Below are positions 1 through 9,968 of a DNA stretch of 64,000 nucleotides, piece after piece. Every line of letters begins with the position of its first letter. Within the stretch, counting starts at the first letter, position 1. Source of the stretch: Candidatus Woesebacteria bacterium (lineage in GTDB: Bacteria; Patescibacteriota; Microgenomatia; UBA8517); NCBI GenBank assembly GCA_013374835.1, contig CP055307.1:749304-813303 (forward strand), written 5' to 3'. A program made the position numbers and the translations under genes. Below the pieces are notes generated by a model. It did no database searches. It was given only the letters and a program-made list of their open reading frames with translations, and was not told the DNA's origin.

Positions 1-84
1 GATACCGAATTCGATCTTAATTTGGAAAAACAAAGGACAATAAAAATCGGTAAGAAGAAATATATTGTTGCCGTAAAAACATGA
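1..84 (+). CDS. 3' end of a gene, probably tyrosyl-tRNA synthetase (S4-like C-terminus), partial
   Basis: Frame 1 reads DTEFDLNLEKQRTIKIGKKKYIVAVKT*; IKIGKKKY resembles the typical TyrRS C-terminal motif. Confidence 0.5.
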   Translation, partial: DTEFDLNLEKQRTIKIGKKKYIVAVKT

Positions 85-200
85 AAAGAAAATTAAGAAT
101 ATTCAAAAGAAAAAAGTTTTGGGCCAAGTTGCTTGTGATTATTGCAGGATTAGGGCTACTTTTAACCACGTTTCTTCCTTTTTTGTCGTTTATTATTTAA
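81..200 (+). CDS. Small 39-aa membrane protein
   Basis: Manual translation MKRKLRIFKRKKFWAKLLVIIAGLGLLLTTFLPFLSFII*; basic N-terminus plus one TM helix; ATGA overlap with the upstream stop. Confidence 0.6.
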   Translation: MKRKLRIFKRKKFWAKLLVIIAGLGLLLTTFLPFLSFII

Positions 201-212
201 CAGAGTATAAGA

Positions 213-2240
213 ATGAAACTTTATATGTCTGATCCCATAAGCCGGCTTCCGCTTGTGGGGTCAGTTTATCAAAAAAGGCTTAAAAGGCTTGGAATCAGAA
301 CAATTGAAGATATCTTGCTTCATCTTCCGCACAGATACGAAGATTATAGGCACGAAAAAAGTGTATCTTATCTTAAAGAGGGCGAGAGTATAACTGTCCG
401 GGGTAAAGTCGAGACGTTTAGGAACCAATACACAAAATCAAACAAAAAAATCCAGCTGTTGGTTGTCAAAAATAAAAAATCCCGTTTCAAAATCGTATGG
501 TTTAACCAACCTTTTTTATCGAGAACTTTTAAAAAAGGCGAAGAATTTTACTTTTCCGGCAAGACAGGATGGTTTGGGCGAGAAATTGTGCTTATGTCCC
601 CGGATTACGAAAAAATAGAAAAGGGCAAGTCACCGATTCACACATTAAGGCTTGTGCCCATTTATCCCGAAACAAGAGGAATTTCTTCAAAATGGTTGAG
701 AAGGAGAATTTTTGATCTTTACTTAAACGAAATAGAATTTACTGATTATTTGGACAAAGATGATCTGTCTCGCATGAAGCTTATAACGCGGGAAAGCGCT
801 TTTAAAAAAATACACTATCCAAAAGACTTCGACGATGTTTATGAAGGCAGACGAAGACTTGCTTTTGATGAGATTCTCACACTGGTTTTTGAAAATAGAC
901 AACGGGAAGGTGAATGGATTAGGAAAAAACCAAATTTTTCACTTAACATAAAGGATGATGAAATGAAAAAATTTTTTGATTCAATTCCGTTTAAGCTTAC
1001 TGCTTCTCAGATAAGGTCTATTAACGAAATACTTAAAGACATGAGATCGGAACTGCCCATGAATAGACTTCTGCAAGGAGACGTCGGTAGCGGAAAAACT
1101 ATTGTTGCTGCAGCTTCTTGTTTTGCTTCTTTTTCTTGCGGGTATCAATCGGTAGTTATGGCTCCAACTCTTGCGCTAGCACAACAGCACTACGAAACAC
1201 TGGGCAATTTGTTTAAACCATTTGGCGCAAAGGTTTCTATTTTTACTTCATTTAGCGGCAAAAAAAAGGATATTGATGCAGATATAATAGTGGGGACTCA
1301 TGCGCTGCTTTACAAATCCATATCCCAGCTTAAAGTGGCACTAGTTGTAATTGACGAGCAGCACAGATTTGGTGTTAAACAAAGAGCCGAAATTTCTGAA
1401 ATAACAAAACAAGAAGACTGTGTACCACACGTCCTGACAATGACCGCGACTCCTATACCAAGAAGTATTGCGTTAACTTTTTACGGTGATCTTGATGTTT
1501 CTTTTATGAAAGACATACCAATGGGCAGAAAAAAAATAAAAACATGGATCGTTCCGGAGGAAAAAAGAGCTGCAGCTTACGAGTGGATTTCAAATGAGAT
1601 TAAAAGAAACAAAGTACAAGTGTTTGTGATTTGCCCTTTGATAGAGGAGTCTAAGATTACAAGTATGAGTGAAGTAAAATCGGCTAAAAAGGAATATGAA
1701 AAAATTATAAAAATTTTTCCCGATTTAAGAATAGGGCTTTTGCACGGACGCTTAAAATCCGGGGAAAGAGAAGGTGTTATTGATAAATTAAGAAAAGGCG
1801 AAATAGATATTTTGGTTTCAACACCAGTTGTCGAAGTGGGGATTGATATTCCCAATGCTACCATCATTGTAATTGAAACAGCCGACAGATTCGGGCTCGC
1901 CCAACTTCATCAATTAAGAGGCAGGGTAGGTAGGAGCACAAAGCAAAGCTACTGTCTTTTATTTTCCGAATCAAAAGGAGAAAAAGCTCGAAAAAGGCTT
2001 GAAATACTTAGAGAAAACCACTCGGGGTTTGAGCTATCTGAAATGGATTTAAGAATGCGCGGGCCGGGTGAGATTTTCGGAATAAGACAGCACGGGATTC
2101 CGGAGCTAAAGATTGCATCGTGGAGTGATATTGATATTATCAAACAAGCTAAAAAATTTGTACAAGAAATTTACTCGAACAAGAATAAATACAAACGTGT
2201 ATTTGAGTATTTTGATAGTAAAAAAATAGCTTTTAATTAA
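213..2240 (+). CDS. recG: ATP-dependent DNA helicase RecG
   Basis: Wedge/OB N-terminus, LLQGDVGSGKT, DEQHRFGV, MTATPIPR, QLRGRVGR, DLRMRGPGE. Confidence 0.97.
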   Translation: MKLYMSDPISRLPLVGSVYQKRLKRLGIRTIEDILLHLPHRYEDYRHEKSVSYLKEGESITVRGKVETFRNQYTKSNKKIQLLVVKNKKSRFKIVWFNQPFLSRTFKKGEEFYFSGKTGWFGREIVLMSPDYEKIEKGKSPIHTLRLVPIYPETRGISSKWLRRRIFDLYLNEIEFTDYLDKDDLSRMKLITRESAFKKIHYPKDFDDVYEGRRRLAFDEILTLVFENRQREGEWIRKKPNFSLNIKDDEMKKFFDSIPFKLTASQIRSINEILKDMRSELPMNRLLQGDVGSGKTIVAAASCFASFSCGYQSVVMAPTLALAQQHYETLGNLFKPFGAKVSIFTSFSGKKKDIDADIIVGTHALLYKSISQLKVALVVIDEQHRFGVKQRAEISEITKQEDCVPHVLTMTATPIPRSIALTFYGDLDVSFMKDIPMGRKKIKTWIVPEEKRAAAYEWISNEIKRNKVQVFVICPLIEESKITSMSEVKSAKKEYEKIIKIFPDLRIGLLHGRLKSGEREGVIDKLRKGEIDILVSTPVVEVGIDIPNATIIVIETADRFGLAQLHQLRGRVGRSTKQSYCLLFSESKGEKARKRLEILRENHSGFELSEMDLRMRGPGEIFGIRQHGIPELKIASWSDIDIIKQAKKFVQEIYSNKNKYKRVFEYFDSKKIAFN

Positions 2241-2280
2241 TTTACTTGCAAAGGATGGGCTTTAGATATAAAATTCCATC

Positions 2281-2418
2281 ATGACTGCATTACCAAAGAA
2301 AAAACACACCAGAGCAAGGTCTAATAAAAGAAGAGGGAAGAGTGCGCTATCGCTTAAAAGTGTCTATGATCAGTATTCAAAGGTAAAAGGAAGGGAAAAA
2401 AAGCTTTCTTCGAAATGA
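2281..2418 (+). CDS. rpmF: 50S ribosomal protein L32 (short, cysteine-less)
   Basis: Manual translation MTALPKKKHTRARSNKRRGKSALSLK...; PKKK-T--R---RR motif; directly upstream of nusB. Confidence 0.8.
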   Translation: MTALPKKKHTRARSNKRRGKSALSLKSVYDQYSKVKGREKKLSSK

Positions 2419-2783
2419 AATCTGCCAAAGACCCCAGACATAAAAAGAGGCGAAGAGTGGTAAAAGAACTTTTTGCAAATATTTTTCTGAAACAAGAAAG
2501 CAGTGAATTTGCGAACCAGATATTAAACAAAACTGAAATAATTGACGAATATATTAAAAAGGCGGCACCTCAATGGCCAATTGAGAAACTTAATAAAATT
2601 GATCTTGCCATACTAAGACTTGCAACTTACGAGATGTTAGAAAGCGATACACCAGAGAAAGTAATTATAGATGAGGCGGTAGAGCTGGCAAAAGAATACG
2701 GCGGAGAAAGCTCTCCTTCTTTTATAAACGGCGTGATGGGCAATATACTTAAACAGTTAACAAAAAAGGATGGTAAAAATTAA
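2415..2783 (+). CDS. nusB: Transcription antitermination factor NusB
   Basis: IDLAILRLATYE, VIIDEAVELAKEYG, FINGVMG. Confidence 0.95.
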   Translation: MKSAKDPRHKKRRRVVKELFANIFLKQESSEFANQILNKTEIIDEYIKKAAPQWPIEKLNKIDLAILRLATYEMLESDTPEKVIIDEAVELAKEYGGESSPSFINGVMGNILKQLTKKDGKN

Positions 2784-3474
2784 AGATAAATCCAGTTTAA
2801 TAGAACTGAAAAAGTATTTTTCAGACAAGGAGATGTTTGAGCAAGCCTTGACTCATAGGTCCTGGGTAAACGAAAATCCAGGTATTAGACAATCGAATGA
2901 ACGTCTTGAATTTTTGGGGGATGCAGTGCTTGAATTCGTGGTTTCAGATTATTTATTTAAGCGACTTAAGAATCGTGAAGAAGGATTTTTAACGGCTCTT
3001 AGGGCAAATATCGTAAACACCAAAAATTTATCCGAGCTAGCTAAAATGGGCAGTTTCGGAGATTTTCTTCATTTTTCAAAAGGCGAAAAAATAAGCGGCG
3101 GTTCGAGTAACCCGGCACTTTTAGCAAATGCCGTTGAAGCAATTATCGGAGCGCTTTATTTAGATAAAGGACTGGAAGCTGCTGAAAAGTTTATCGTGGA
3201 CAATTTGCTTGGCGATCTTGAAAAAAAACTTAAACAACCATTGAAAGATTCTAAAAGCCTATTTCAAGAAAAAGTTCAGTCAATGGGTTTTGATACACCG
3301 AAGTACAAAGTCTTATCTGAATCCGGACCAGATCATGCAAAAAGATTCAAGGTTGAGGTAACGGTAAACGGCAAGGCTGTGGCACAGGGCCAAGGCAAAA
3401 GCAAAAATGAAGCAGAACAAGATGCCGCACGCAATGCACTGAATACTAATTTTCCCGCCCAGCCTTGCGTTTAG
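2770..3474 (+). CDS. rnc: Ribonuclease III
   Basis: ALTHRS, NERLEFLGDAVL signature, C-terminal dsRBD (GPDHAKRF, GKSKNEAEQDAA). Confidence 0.97.
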   Translation: MVKIKDKSSLIELKKYFSDKEMFEQALTHRSWVNENPGIRQSNERLEFLGDAVLEFVVSDYLFKRLKNREEGFLTALRANIVNTKNLSELAKMGSFGDFLHFSKGEKISGGSSNPALLANAVEAIIGALYLDKGLEAAEKFIVDNLLGDLEKKLKQPLKDSKSLFQEKVQSMGFDTPKYKVLSESGPDHAKRFKVEVTVNGKAVAQGQGKSKNEAEQDAARNALNTNFPAQPCV

Positions 3475-3500
3475 TGAATTTAGAGGTTAAAATCAACGAT

Positions 3501-3719
3501 ATGGTAAAAATAAGACTAACAAGAATCGGAAAGAGAAATGACCCTTTTTATAGAATTGTTGCTATTGATTCGCAGAAGAAAAGAGAAGGAAAATTTATAG
3601 AGGGATTAGGCTATTGGCATCCTCGCGAAAAAAACAAAAAAATCGATAAAGCAGCATTTGATAAATGGATCGGCAGGGGAGCCGTTATTTCAGACGGAGT
3701 CAGAAAATTACTAAAATGA
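3501..3719 (+). CDS. rpsP: 30S ribosomal protein S16
   Basis: MVKIRLTRIGKRNDPFYRIVAIDS; start moved to ATG 3501. Confidence 0.95.
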   Translation: MVKIRLTRIGKRNDPFYRIVAIDSQKKREGKFIEGLGYWHPREKNKKIDKAAFDKWIGRGAVISDGVRKLLK

Positions 3720-3949
3720 AAAATCTTGTCTCTTATTTGATTGCAAGCATCACCGGATCTAAAGAATTTGAAGTTGAGGAAAAAACAGAAGGGGACCAAA
3801 TAGAACTTAACGTTAAAACAAAAAAAGACATCATCGGTTTAATAATCGGCAAAGAAGGTAAAACTATCAAAAATATAAGAAAAATACTATCTATAAAAGC
3901 TACTCTTGAAAAGAAAATTGTAAATATTAATGTTACCGCAGAGAACTGA
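3716..3949 (+). CDS. khpA: KH-domain RNA-binding protein (KhpA/YlqC family)
   Basis: GLIIGKEGKTIKNIR GxxG KH motif; follows rpsP; start moved to ATG 3716. Confidence 0.85.
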   Translation: MKNLVSYLIASITGSKEFEVEEKTEGDQIELNVKTKKDIIGLIIGKEGKTIKNIRKILSIKATLEKKIVNINVTAEN

Positions 3950-4637
3950 ATGGATTAGGCCTATCCGTTATCTCCTGAGGTGCAAGTGCCGAGACGTCTA
4001 CAAGCGATGCTTCTTTGTAGGTTGTAAGTAGCTGCAAGATCTGTTTTTCAGAAGAAGTAAGTGGTGAGACAGGCTTACTTATCGAAGGAAGCGTGGCCGG
4101 CAGAGAAGACCAGTGGGCTTTATAGGTAATTGCTGCTTCGTAAGTGTTATTGGATTTCTCTATGGTAAGTTCGTTTATGCTTATTAAAGGTTTGGAAGTT
4201 TTAAGGCCCTCAATCATTCTTGCAATTTGTGTGTAATCTCCCATTAGACCTACTGTTACATTAACTGAAGACATGGATTCTTCACCCGTTCTTGATTGGG
4301 AAAGACGATTGTCGATAATTAATTCAGTTATTAAAACCCCGTTTTCTTGCGCAATAGCTCTTATCTGTGAAGCAACAAAAAGCGCAGGATTTTTAGAGGG
4401 AAGTGCCAAGGATACATTTACTGCACTGTCTGAAACAGATTCTGTTTCTGCTTGTTTTAGCGACGTTAACCTTTCTTTTAAAAGATCTACTTCTTTTTGT
4501 GAAGATTTTATATCCTTTCTTAGAGTGGTAATTTTTTTATAAATGCTGCTAAATCCAATGACCGCTATAATAAGAGTTATAAGCAAAACACCCCCGGGAA
4601 GCGCTAATTTTTTAATTTTCAGATAACTAATTTTCAT
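3933..4637 (-). CDS. pilO: Type IV pilus alignment protein, PilO-like
   Basis: N-terminal TM, coiled coil, G-Y--I---I--L motif, C-terminal RPNPF; follows pilM-pilN. Confidence 0.75.
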   Translation of the reverse strand: MKISYLKIKKLALPGGVLLITLIIAVIGFSSIYKKITTLRKDIKSSQKEVDLLKERLTSLKQAETESVSDSAVNVSLALPSKNPALFVASQIRAIAQENGVLITELIIDNRLSQSRTGEESMSSVNVTVGLMGDYTQIARMIEGLKTSKPLISINELTIEKSNNTYEAAITYKAHWSSLPATLPSISKPVSPLTSSEKQILQLLTTYKEASLVDVSALAPQEITDRPNPFSSLR

Positions 4638-4641
4638 TTTA

Positions 4642-5172
4642 CTAATTAATGATTAAATTCATGCTATAGCCGCTAAAAGGACTGAAAGTAATGTTTGATA
4701 TGTTTATTTTTGAAAAATCGTTTTTACTCTCGATAATCTGAGTTATCAAGTTTGCCAAGCTTTGAGAGTTTGTTGTTTTAAGCTCGAGCCGTGAGCTGCC
4801 TTGTACAATTGAGGAATCTTCAACTGAAGTAGTTTCATCAAAAAAATCGACAATTATTTTTTGTTTGTTAAGTAAGGCTTCGTTTTGCTGAGAGTCAAGA
4901 ATTGTTTGGATTTTTTGGATTCTGTCCTTAACAAGGACAAGGCCCTGTTCTGTTGATTCTAGACTTACAATGCTTTGTTTGTACGAAGCATTTTCTTGGT
5001 TTAATCTATCGAGCTTTTTTGTTAAATAAAAAGTATATGAAACAGCAAGTACTGCTACAAAAAAAGAGATAGCGGCGAGAATTCCTGTAACAATTTTTAT
5101 AATGCCAGTTATTTTATCCAATTCTTCGCCAACTGCTAATTGTTCGGGTAGCAAATTAATTTTTGTGGCCAT
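4642..5172 (-). CDS. pilN: Type IV pilus alignment protein, PilN-like
   Basis: INLLP N-terminal motif, TM, coiled coil; downstream of pilM. Confidence 0.8.
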   Translation of the reverse strand: MATKINLLPEQLAVGEELDKITGIIKIVTGILAAISFFVAVLAVSYTFYLTKKLDRLNQENASYKQSIVSLESTEQGLVLVKDRIQKIQTILDSQQNEALLNKQKIIVDFFDETTSVEDSSIVQGSSRLELKTTNSQSLANLITQIIESKNDFSKINISNITFSPFSGYSMNLIIN

Positions 5173-5173
5173 T

Positions 5174-6193
5174 TTAGTCTCCTCTTAACGCCAGTCCAAG
5201 AGCTACTGAGTAAAGCGGTGAATAGGGTGCTAAATTTTTTGCTGCTTCCGGCTCTACCTCAACTTTGGCAAACGGATTACCAATTACTACTTCCGTATTT
5301 AATGCTTTGGTTAAAGCAGATGCAACACCCGGCATCCCCGAAGTGCCTCCTGTGAGTATTATAGTTGCTGGAGCTTCTCCTTTTGTTTCCATTTGATAAT
5401 AATGTATTGTTTTTCTAACGTCTTCTATAACTGCGCCAAATATCGGAAGAAGCGCTTTGCCAACCTTTCCTTCAAGTTGTTTTTCGGTAAGCCCATAGGT
5501 CCTCTTGTACTGATCCGCTTGTTCCATAGAAACACCTAAAGACTGTGCCACGGCCCTTGTAAATGCGTCGCCGGCCGTGGGGATTGAACGTGAGAAAAAA
5601 AGTTCCTCGTTTTTCGCGATTGCTATATTTGTCGATACTGAACCAATATCTAGGATAAGCACTGTCTTTTCTGGTACGGCAAGACTTCTGGCCATAGACA
5701 TGAGTTCCGTTTCGACGCCGACGACCTCGAGATTTATTAAGCTTAGTATCTTTATGTATTTTTCTACTAGTTCCCTAAGTACTGCCACAAGAAGTACTAT
5801 TACTTGTGGGGGATTTCCTACTTCTTGTCTTTCTAGTATCTTATGCTCTATTATCGCGTCTTTTACCGGTATGGGAATGTATTCTTCCGCTTCCCATTTG
5901 ACGGCCGAGGCAATTTCCTGGTCGTTTAGAAGAGGAAACTTCATTATTCTTGTATAGGCTAATGATTCGGGTATTGATATGGAAATTTTTCTTGAGGAAA
6001 TTTTTGAATCTTTAAGAAGCTTTCTTATGCTCTGTGCAAGATCTGCCAATTCCTTTTCATCTTGCATTTTGTCGATACTGGTTTTAAGCGTATATGATAT
6101 GGCACCTGCTGATTTTAGCGCCGGTTTTTTGGCGTCTTTTGACAGCTCGACCACTTTTATTGTTTTTGTACCTATATCAAGTCCTACGCTCAT
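5174..6193 (-). CDS. pilM: Type IV pilus assembly protein PilM
   Basis: Actin-like fold: GLDIGTKTIK, LDIGSVST, ILTGG, ALGLALR. Confidence 0.93.
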   Translation of the reverse strand: MSVGLDIGTKTIKVVELSKDAKKPALKSAGAISYTLKTSIDKMQDEKELADLAQSIRKLLKDSKISSRKISISIPESLAYTRIMKFPLLNDQEIASAVKWEAEEYIPIPVKDAIIEHKILERQEVGNPPQVIVLLVAVLRELVEKYIKILSLINLEVVGVETELMSMARSLAVPEKTVLILDIGSVSTNIAIAKNEELFFSRSIPTAGDAFTRAVAQSLGVSMEQADQYKRTYGLTEKQLEGKVGKALLPIFGAVIEDVRKTIHYYQMETKGEAPATIILTGGTSGMPGVASALTKALNTEVVIGNPFAKVEVEPEAAKNLAPYSPLYSVALGLALRGD

Positions 6194-7077
6194 TTTAAGA
6201 TTGAATTTTGTGAAAATAATGCCGAGTCGAAAATTTCCGGTATATCTGAGAAAAGCTCATAAACTTCGACTTTTCTTTCCGCGCTTCCGGCTACTCCGGT
6301 TGACTGAATTTTTCTGCCTTGAGTTGGAAACGTGTTATTGGCAAGTACAGCAAGACTTTGTGTATCGGATATATAAAGCAGCCTTGCCCTTATTATTTTT
6401 AAACCTCCGGGGCTATTCCAAGGTGTACCGTGTGCATCAGGCAACAGATCGTTAAAATTAAGCTCTGCTTGGTAACGGAATCTTATCCCTTCTACTTCAC
6501 AGGCACTGCAGGCTTGGGATGCTAAAAAATGATTACTATTCCTTCTTGATCCAATGGGATCAAAGCCTACTCTTGTTGAGTGAATCCTACCTAATCCATC
6601 TTGATAAACTATAGCCAGCTCCAAAGCGGGGGTGTCTTTGCCTTCTTCCGCAAAAAGCATTCTCAGATTTGTACCCGTAAAGCCGGAGTTTTGAAGAATT
6701 GATCCGTTAGAATCGTGGCCGACTAACCAAAAAGTAGCTGTTTCTCCGGAAGTAAGCTCGAAAGGATAAAGATAGGTTGAGGGGCTTTCTGATGGGAAAC
6801 TTACAACTTCAGCTTGGTATTCGGAATCTTCACCAGATTCGCCAAGATTTTTTTCAATTGTTTCGCCATATTGCACCTGCTCTATTAGTGCCTCTTCAAC
6901 ACCTGCCTCAGCCGCAGAAAAGGCACGGAGAGATTCTTCTGTTTCGGTGGTTACCGCTACATCCGAAATTGACCTCGAAACGACCGATAGGGAAATGGTA
7001 ATTATTGTCGTCATAGCAAGAAGAACTATCAGAAGAGCTTGTCCGTTTTGTGTTCTGGAAAAATAAATTTTTCTCAT
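6190..7077 (-). CDS. PilX-like minor pilin
   Basis: GQALLIVLL... and AFSAAEAGVEEAL PilX N-terminal motif. Confidence 0.8.
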   Translation of the reverse strand: MRKIYFSRTQNGQALLIVLLAMTTIITISLSVVSRSISDVAVTTETEESLRAFSAAEAGVEEALIEQVQYGETIEKNLGESGEDSEYQAEVVSFPSESPSTYLYPFELTSGETATFWLVGHDSNGSILQNSGFTGTNLRMLFAEEGKDTPALELAIVYQDGLGRIHSTRVGFDPIGSRRNSNHFLASQACSACEVEGIRFRYQAELNFNDLLPDAHGTPWNSPGGLKIIRARLLYISDTQSLAVLANNTFPTQGRKIQSTGVAGSAERKVEVYELFSDIPEIFDSALFSQNSILK

Positions 7078-7108
7078 TAATTCAGTTTAGAGATTTCAAC
7101 AAGTCACG

Positions 7109-7588
7109 TCAATACACCCTTAAATTGATTGTTGTTGATGAGGTAATAGGCGAGCGTTCTTCGGCGATACTACTTATACCCTCAGCCGAAAGCGAAACAT
7201 CTACAGATTCAGGTACTCCTTCAGCGGCATTTTGACAAGAAATGCTGCAAGCTGTTATTCGGATTTCGTCGTTTGTGAGACGACCTTCTTCGTTTTCAAC
7301 ACGACCGTTGTTGCTGCCCACATTCAAGCAAACGAAATATGCTGCTTGATCGTTTTCTGTTGTGTAATCTATTCTTGTCGCCTGGCAATTTGTTATCTCC
7401 TTAGAATTTCTAAGACGCCGCTCCATAACGGAAATTGTATAATCTAAGGATTCACGAACTTTTATAATTGATTCGGATTTTCTGGAGGTAATTATTGAAT
7501 TAACCAAAGCTTGAGTCATCACAACGGATATTATTGCAAAAACTACTATCACTACGAGCGTTTCTATTATTGAGAATCCTTTATTCAT
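7109..7588 (-). CDS. Prepilin-type minor pilin (PilW-like)
   Basis: MNKG|FSIIETLVVI class III signal peptide; start moved to 7588. Confidence 0.85.
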   Translation of the reverse strand: MNKGFSIIETLVVIVVFAIISVVMTQALVNSIITSRKSESIIKVRESLDYTISVMERRLRNSKEITNCQATRIDYTTENDQAAYFVCLNVGSNNGRVENEEGRLTNDEIRITACSISCQNAAEGVPESVDVSLSAEGISSIAEERSPITSSTTINLRVY

Positions 7589-7589
7589 T

Positions 7590-8048
7590 TTATTCCGCTT
7601 TCCAGTTAGTAAACACAGTGGTTGCCCTTGATTCATGAATTTTATCCGATGAACCTCTCCACGAGGTAATAACTGTTGCCTCAACTCTGGGAGGAGGTCC
7701 AGGATTATAATCAAGTATGACCTGGCGCCAAAAATTATTTGTACCCAAAACATATTCTTCCGAACCACATGGACCCGGATTATTAAAGCTTGTAAGAGTT
7801 CTTAAGCACCACGTGCGACCACCCTGCGCTCTTGAGACAAAAGCGTTCCAGTCGTTATCTCTTTGGGATCTAAGCCATTCAATAGCCGACTGCGTATATC
7901 TTGATGCCAAGGTTCTATTTCTTGAAAAGCTTGAATTATCTATAGATTTTGTAGCAAGCCCGATTACAGCCAAAACAACAAGGCTTATAAAAGCCACTGC
8001 AACAATCAGCTCAAACAAGGATTGACCTTTGTTAGTTGCAATTAACAT
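7590..8048 (-). CDS. Prepilin-type minor pilin (PilV-like)
   Basis: NKG|QSLFELIVAV; start moved to 8048. Confidence 0.8.
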   Translation of the reverse strand: MLIATNKGQSLFELIVAVAFISLVVLAVIGLATKSIDNSSFSRNRTLASRYTQSAIEWLRSQRDNDWNAFVSRAQGGRTWCLRTLTSFNNPGPCGSEEYVLGTNNFWRQVILDYNPGPPPRVEATVITSWRGSSDKIHESRATTVFTNWKAE

Positions 8049-8529
8049 TATCCGTTTTTGTAATTTTACCCGCCGACGTAATTTCAATAGCATTTCCCAC
8101 ATTATTTTCACATATATTAATATTAACCGTTCCCGATATGTCCGTACCACCTGTCACAGATTTAAACAAAATACTTGTTGTACTTGGTAAAATCCTAAAA
8201 CTTATGCCTGAGGTAAGTTCGGCTGTTCTAAAGAGGAAATTACGACCAGAAGAGCATCTGGCACTAATTGAATAGCGGTTTGAGGAAATAAAAGTAACAA
8301 GCACTCCTTCGTAATAATCGGGTCTTGGGCAATTAAAACCTTCTGGTTTGGTACCACTTAACGCGTATTCCTGGGCTATCCGGAGATCTGCTTCTACCAA
8401 GCGTACCGCACCTGCAACTTTTTGTCTTCTGGTAAATTCCTGATATCCTATATACCCCGCCTGCAAAAACAATGCAAAAATTCCCATTACAACCAAAAGC
8501 TCGATCAGTGAATATCCTTTTTGACTCAT
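8032..8529 (-). CDS. Prepilin-type minor pilin (FimT/GspH-like)
   Basis: QKG|YSLIELLVVM; ADLRIAQEYALSG. Confidence 0.85.
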   Translation of the reverse strand: MSQKGYSLIELLVVMGIFALFLQAGYIGYQEFTRRQKVAGAVRLVEADLRIAQEYALSGTKPEGFNCPRPDYYEGVLVTFISSNRYSISARCSSGRNFLFRTAELTSGISFRILPSTTSILFKSVTGGTDISGTVNINICENNVGNAIEITSAGKITKTDNVNCN

Positions 8530-8533
8530 ATAT

Positions 8534-8989
8534 TTACGGGCTTGTTACTTTATAATTGCAGGTTCCCGAACCGCAGTTTGACGAACCCCCACAAGTTACG
8601 CTTGGGCGTTCATCCTCCAAACTTGCACAAAGCTCATATGAATTGGGAGAAATTCTTGAATAGCGATAGATTCTGCCTTGTTGAGGATCTTCGGGAACAT
8701 CGGATATGTAAACGTTGGAGCTGGGACAATAGCTTGTTAATCCCGATCCACGAAGGGGGGAGGGGACTTTTCCAGACTGGGGCGCGGGATACTGCCCGCA
8801 ATCGGCGCGATAAATTTCGAGCCCAGAGCGTATTGTTTCAAGATCGGATTTTCTTTTTGAATCTCTTCCTGTTTTGAGCGTTTCAATAATTGCAAACGTA
8901 GATATTGTAATTATTATGGCAATTATAGAAAGCGTTATCAAAAGCTCGATTAAAGTAAAACCTGTTTGAAATTTTTTAGTAATATTCAT
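8534..8989 (-). CDS. Prepilin, GspG-like
   Basis: TG|FTLIELLI, RDSKRKSDL, YP, PEDP, YELCASLE; start moved to 8989. Confidence 0.88.
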   Translation of the reverse strand: MNITKKFQTGFTLIELLITLSIIAIIITISTFAIIETLKTGRDSKRKSDLETIRSGLEIYRADCGQYPAPQSGKVPSPLRGSGLTSYCPSSNVYISDVPEDPQQGRIYRYSRISPNSYELCASLEDERPSVTCGGSSNCGSGTCNYKVTSP

Positions 8990-9429
8990 AATGGACAATT
9001 TGCCGAGTTTGGTTGAACCGTAGAATCTCCAACTTCTCCAGTTGAACACACGACGAAGTATGTTATCGGCGTATTGGGTTTTTCAAGACGCGCCCAAAGA
9101 ACGTATGAATCTCCGTCAGAAAAAATGCGATAGCGAAAAGTCGGAGATCTAGGATCATCCGGGCATGAGAGATCTCCAAGGGGCCTTCCTGAACCACAAA
9201 GCGCTGTTAATTCGTTTCCGTTTGCAACGGGGTATACAAAATCGTTTTTAATAGCATAGTTTTCGAGAGCCACTTGATAATTTTTAATATCAGATCTTCT
9301 TTTTGTATCTCTTGCAGAATCTTGAGAACCAGACAATCTCACCAGAAAAAATGTGGCGATAATCATTAGCATTGCCGAAACAACAAGAAGCTCCAACAGG
9401 GTAAAGCCTTTATTTTGTTTTTTCCTCAT
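8986..9429 (-). CDS. Prepilin, GspG-like
   Basis: KG|FTLLELLVV, ARDTKRRSD, YVLWARLE. Confidence 0.88.
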   Translation of the reverse strand: MRKKQNKGFTLLELLVVSAMLMIIATFFLVRLSGSQDSARDTKRRSDIKNYQVALENYAIKNDFVYPVANGNELTALCGSGRPLGDLSCPDDPRSPTFRYRIFSDGDSYVLWARLEKPNTPITYFVVCSTGEVGDSTVQPNSANCPL

Positions 9430-9967
9430 CTAATTCATTTTCATATTCTTTAAGAGTTTTATCAAGTGGTGTCCTTCCATCCGAACGACCGAAGTTGCAT
9501 ATTTTTGTACCACAAGGCAAATTTCTAGCAAGAATTGCAGGATCGAATTCGTCTTCTTTATCGCTTTCCAAGCTTGCAAAAATTTGATAATGATACCCTG
9601 TAGAAACGTAATAGTAGGAATAGCCCTCGAACCACTTTGGATCAATCGGCAAAAGCTTAAGATAGGGCGAGATACCGTCTTTCCCCCATTCGCAGGGAAG
9701 TAATATTGGCTTTCCTTCTTTGTCGAACTTACCACTTTCACAAGCAATAATTTTTCCATCCGTGCTTGAGAGCGGGAATAAGCCAAAATCTTCTTTGTAA
9801 ACGTTTAGCGAATCGTAGATGCTTCTTATATCGTTTTTTCTTTGGACATCACGGCTTTTTCTAAGAGAAATTTTAAGATTTATTAAACTTACTGTAACTA
9901 AAGACAGTATAATTATCGAAACTGCCAAAAACTCATTTTTTGTAAATCCAAATATTTTTTGGGGCAT
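9410..9967 (-). CDS. Prepilin, GspG-like with degenerate cleavage motif
   Basis: FG|FTKNEFL, SRDVQRKND, LPIDP, YQIFASLE. Confidence 0.8.
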   Translation of the reverse strand: MPQKIFGFTKNEFLAVSIIILSLVTVSLINLKISLRKSRDVQRKNDIRSIYDSLNVYKEDFGLFPLSSTDGKIIACESGKFDKEGKPILLPCEWGKDGISPYLKLLPIDPKWFEGYSYYYVSTGYHYQIFASLESDKEDEFDPAILARNLPCGTKICNFGRSDGRTPLDKTLKEYENELDEEKTK

Positions 9968-9968
9968 T

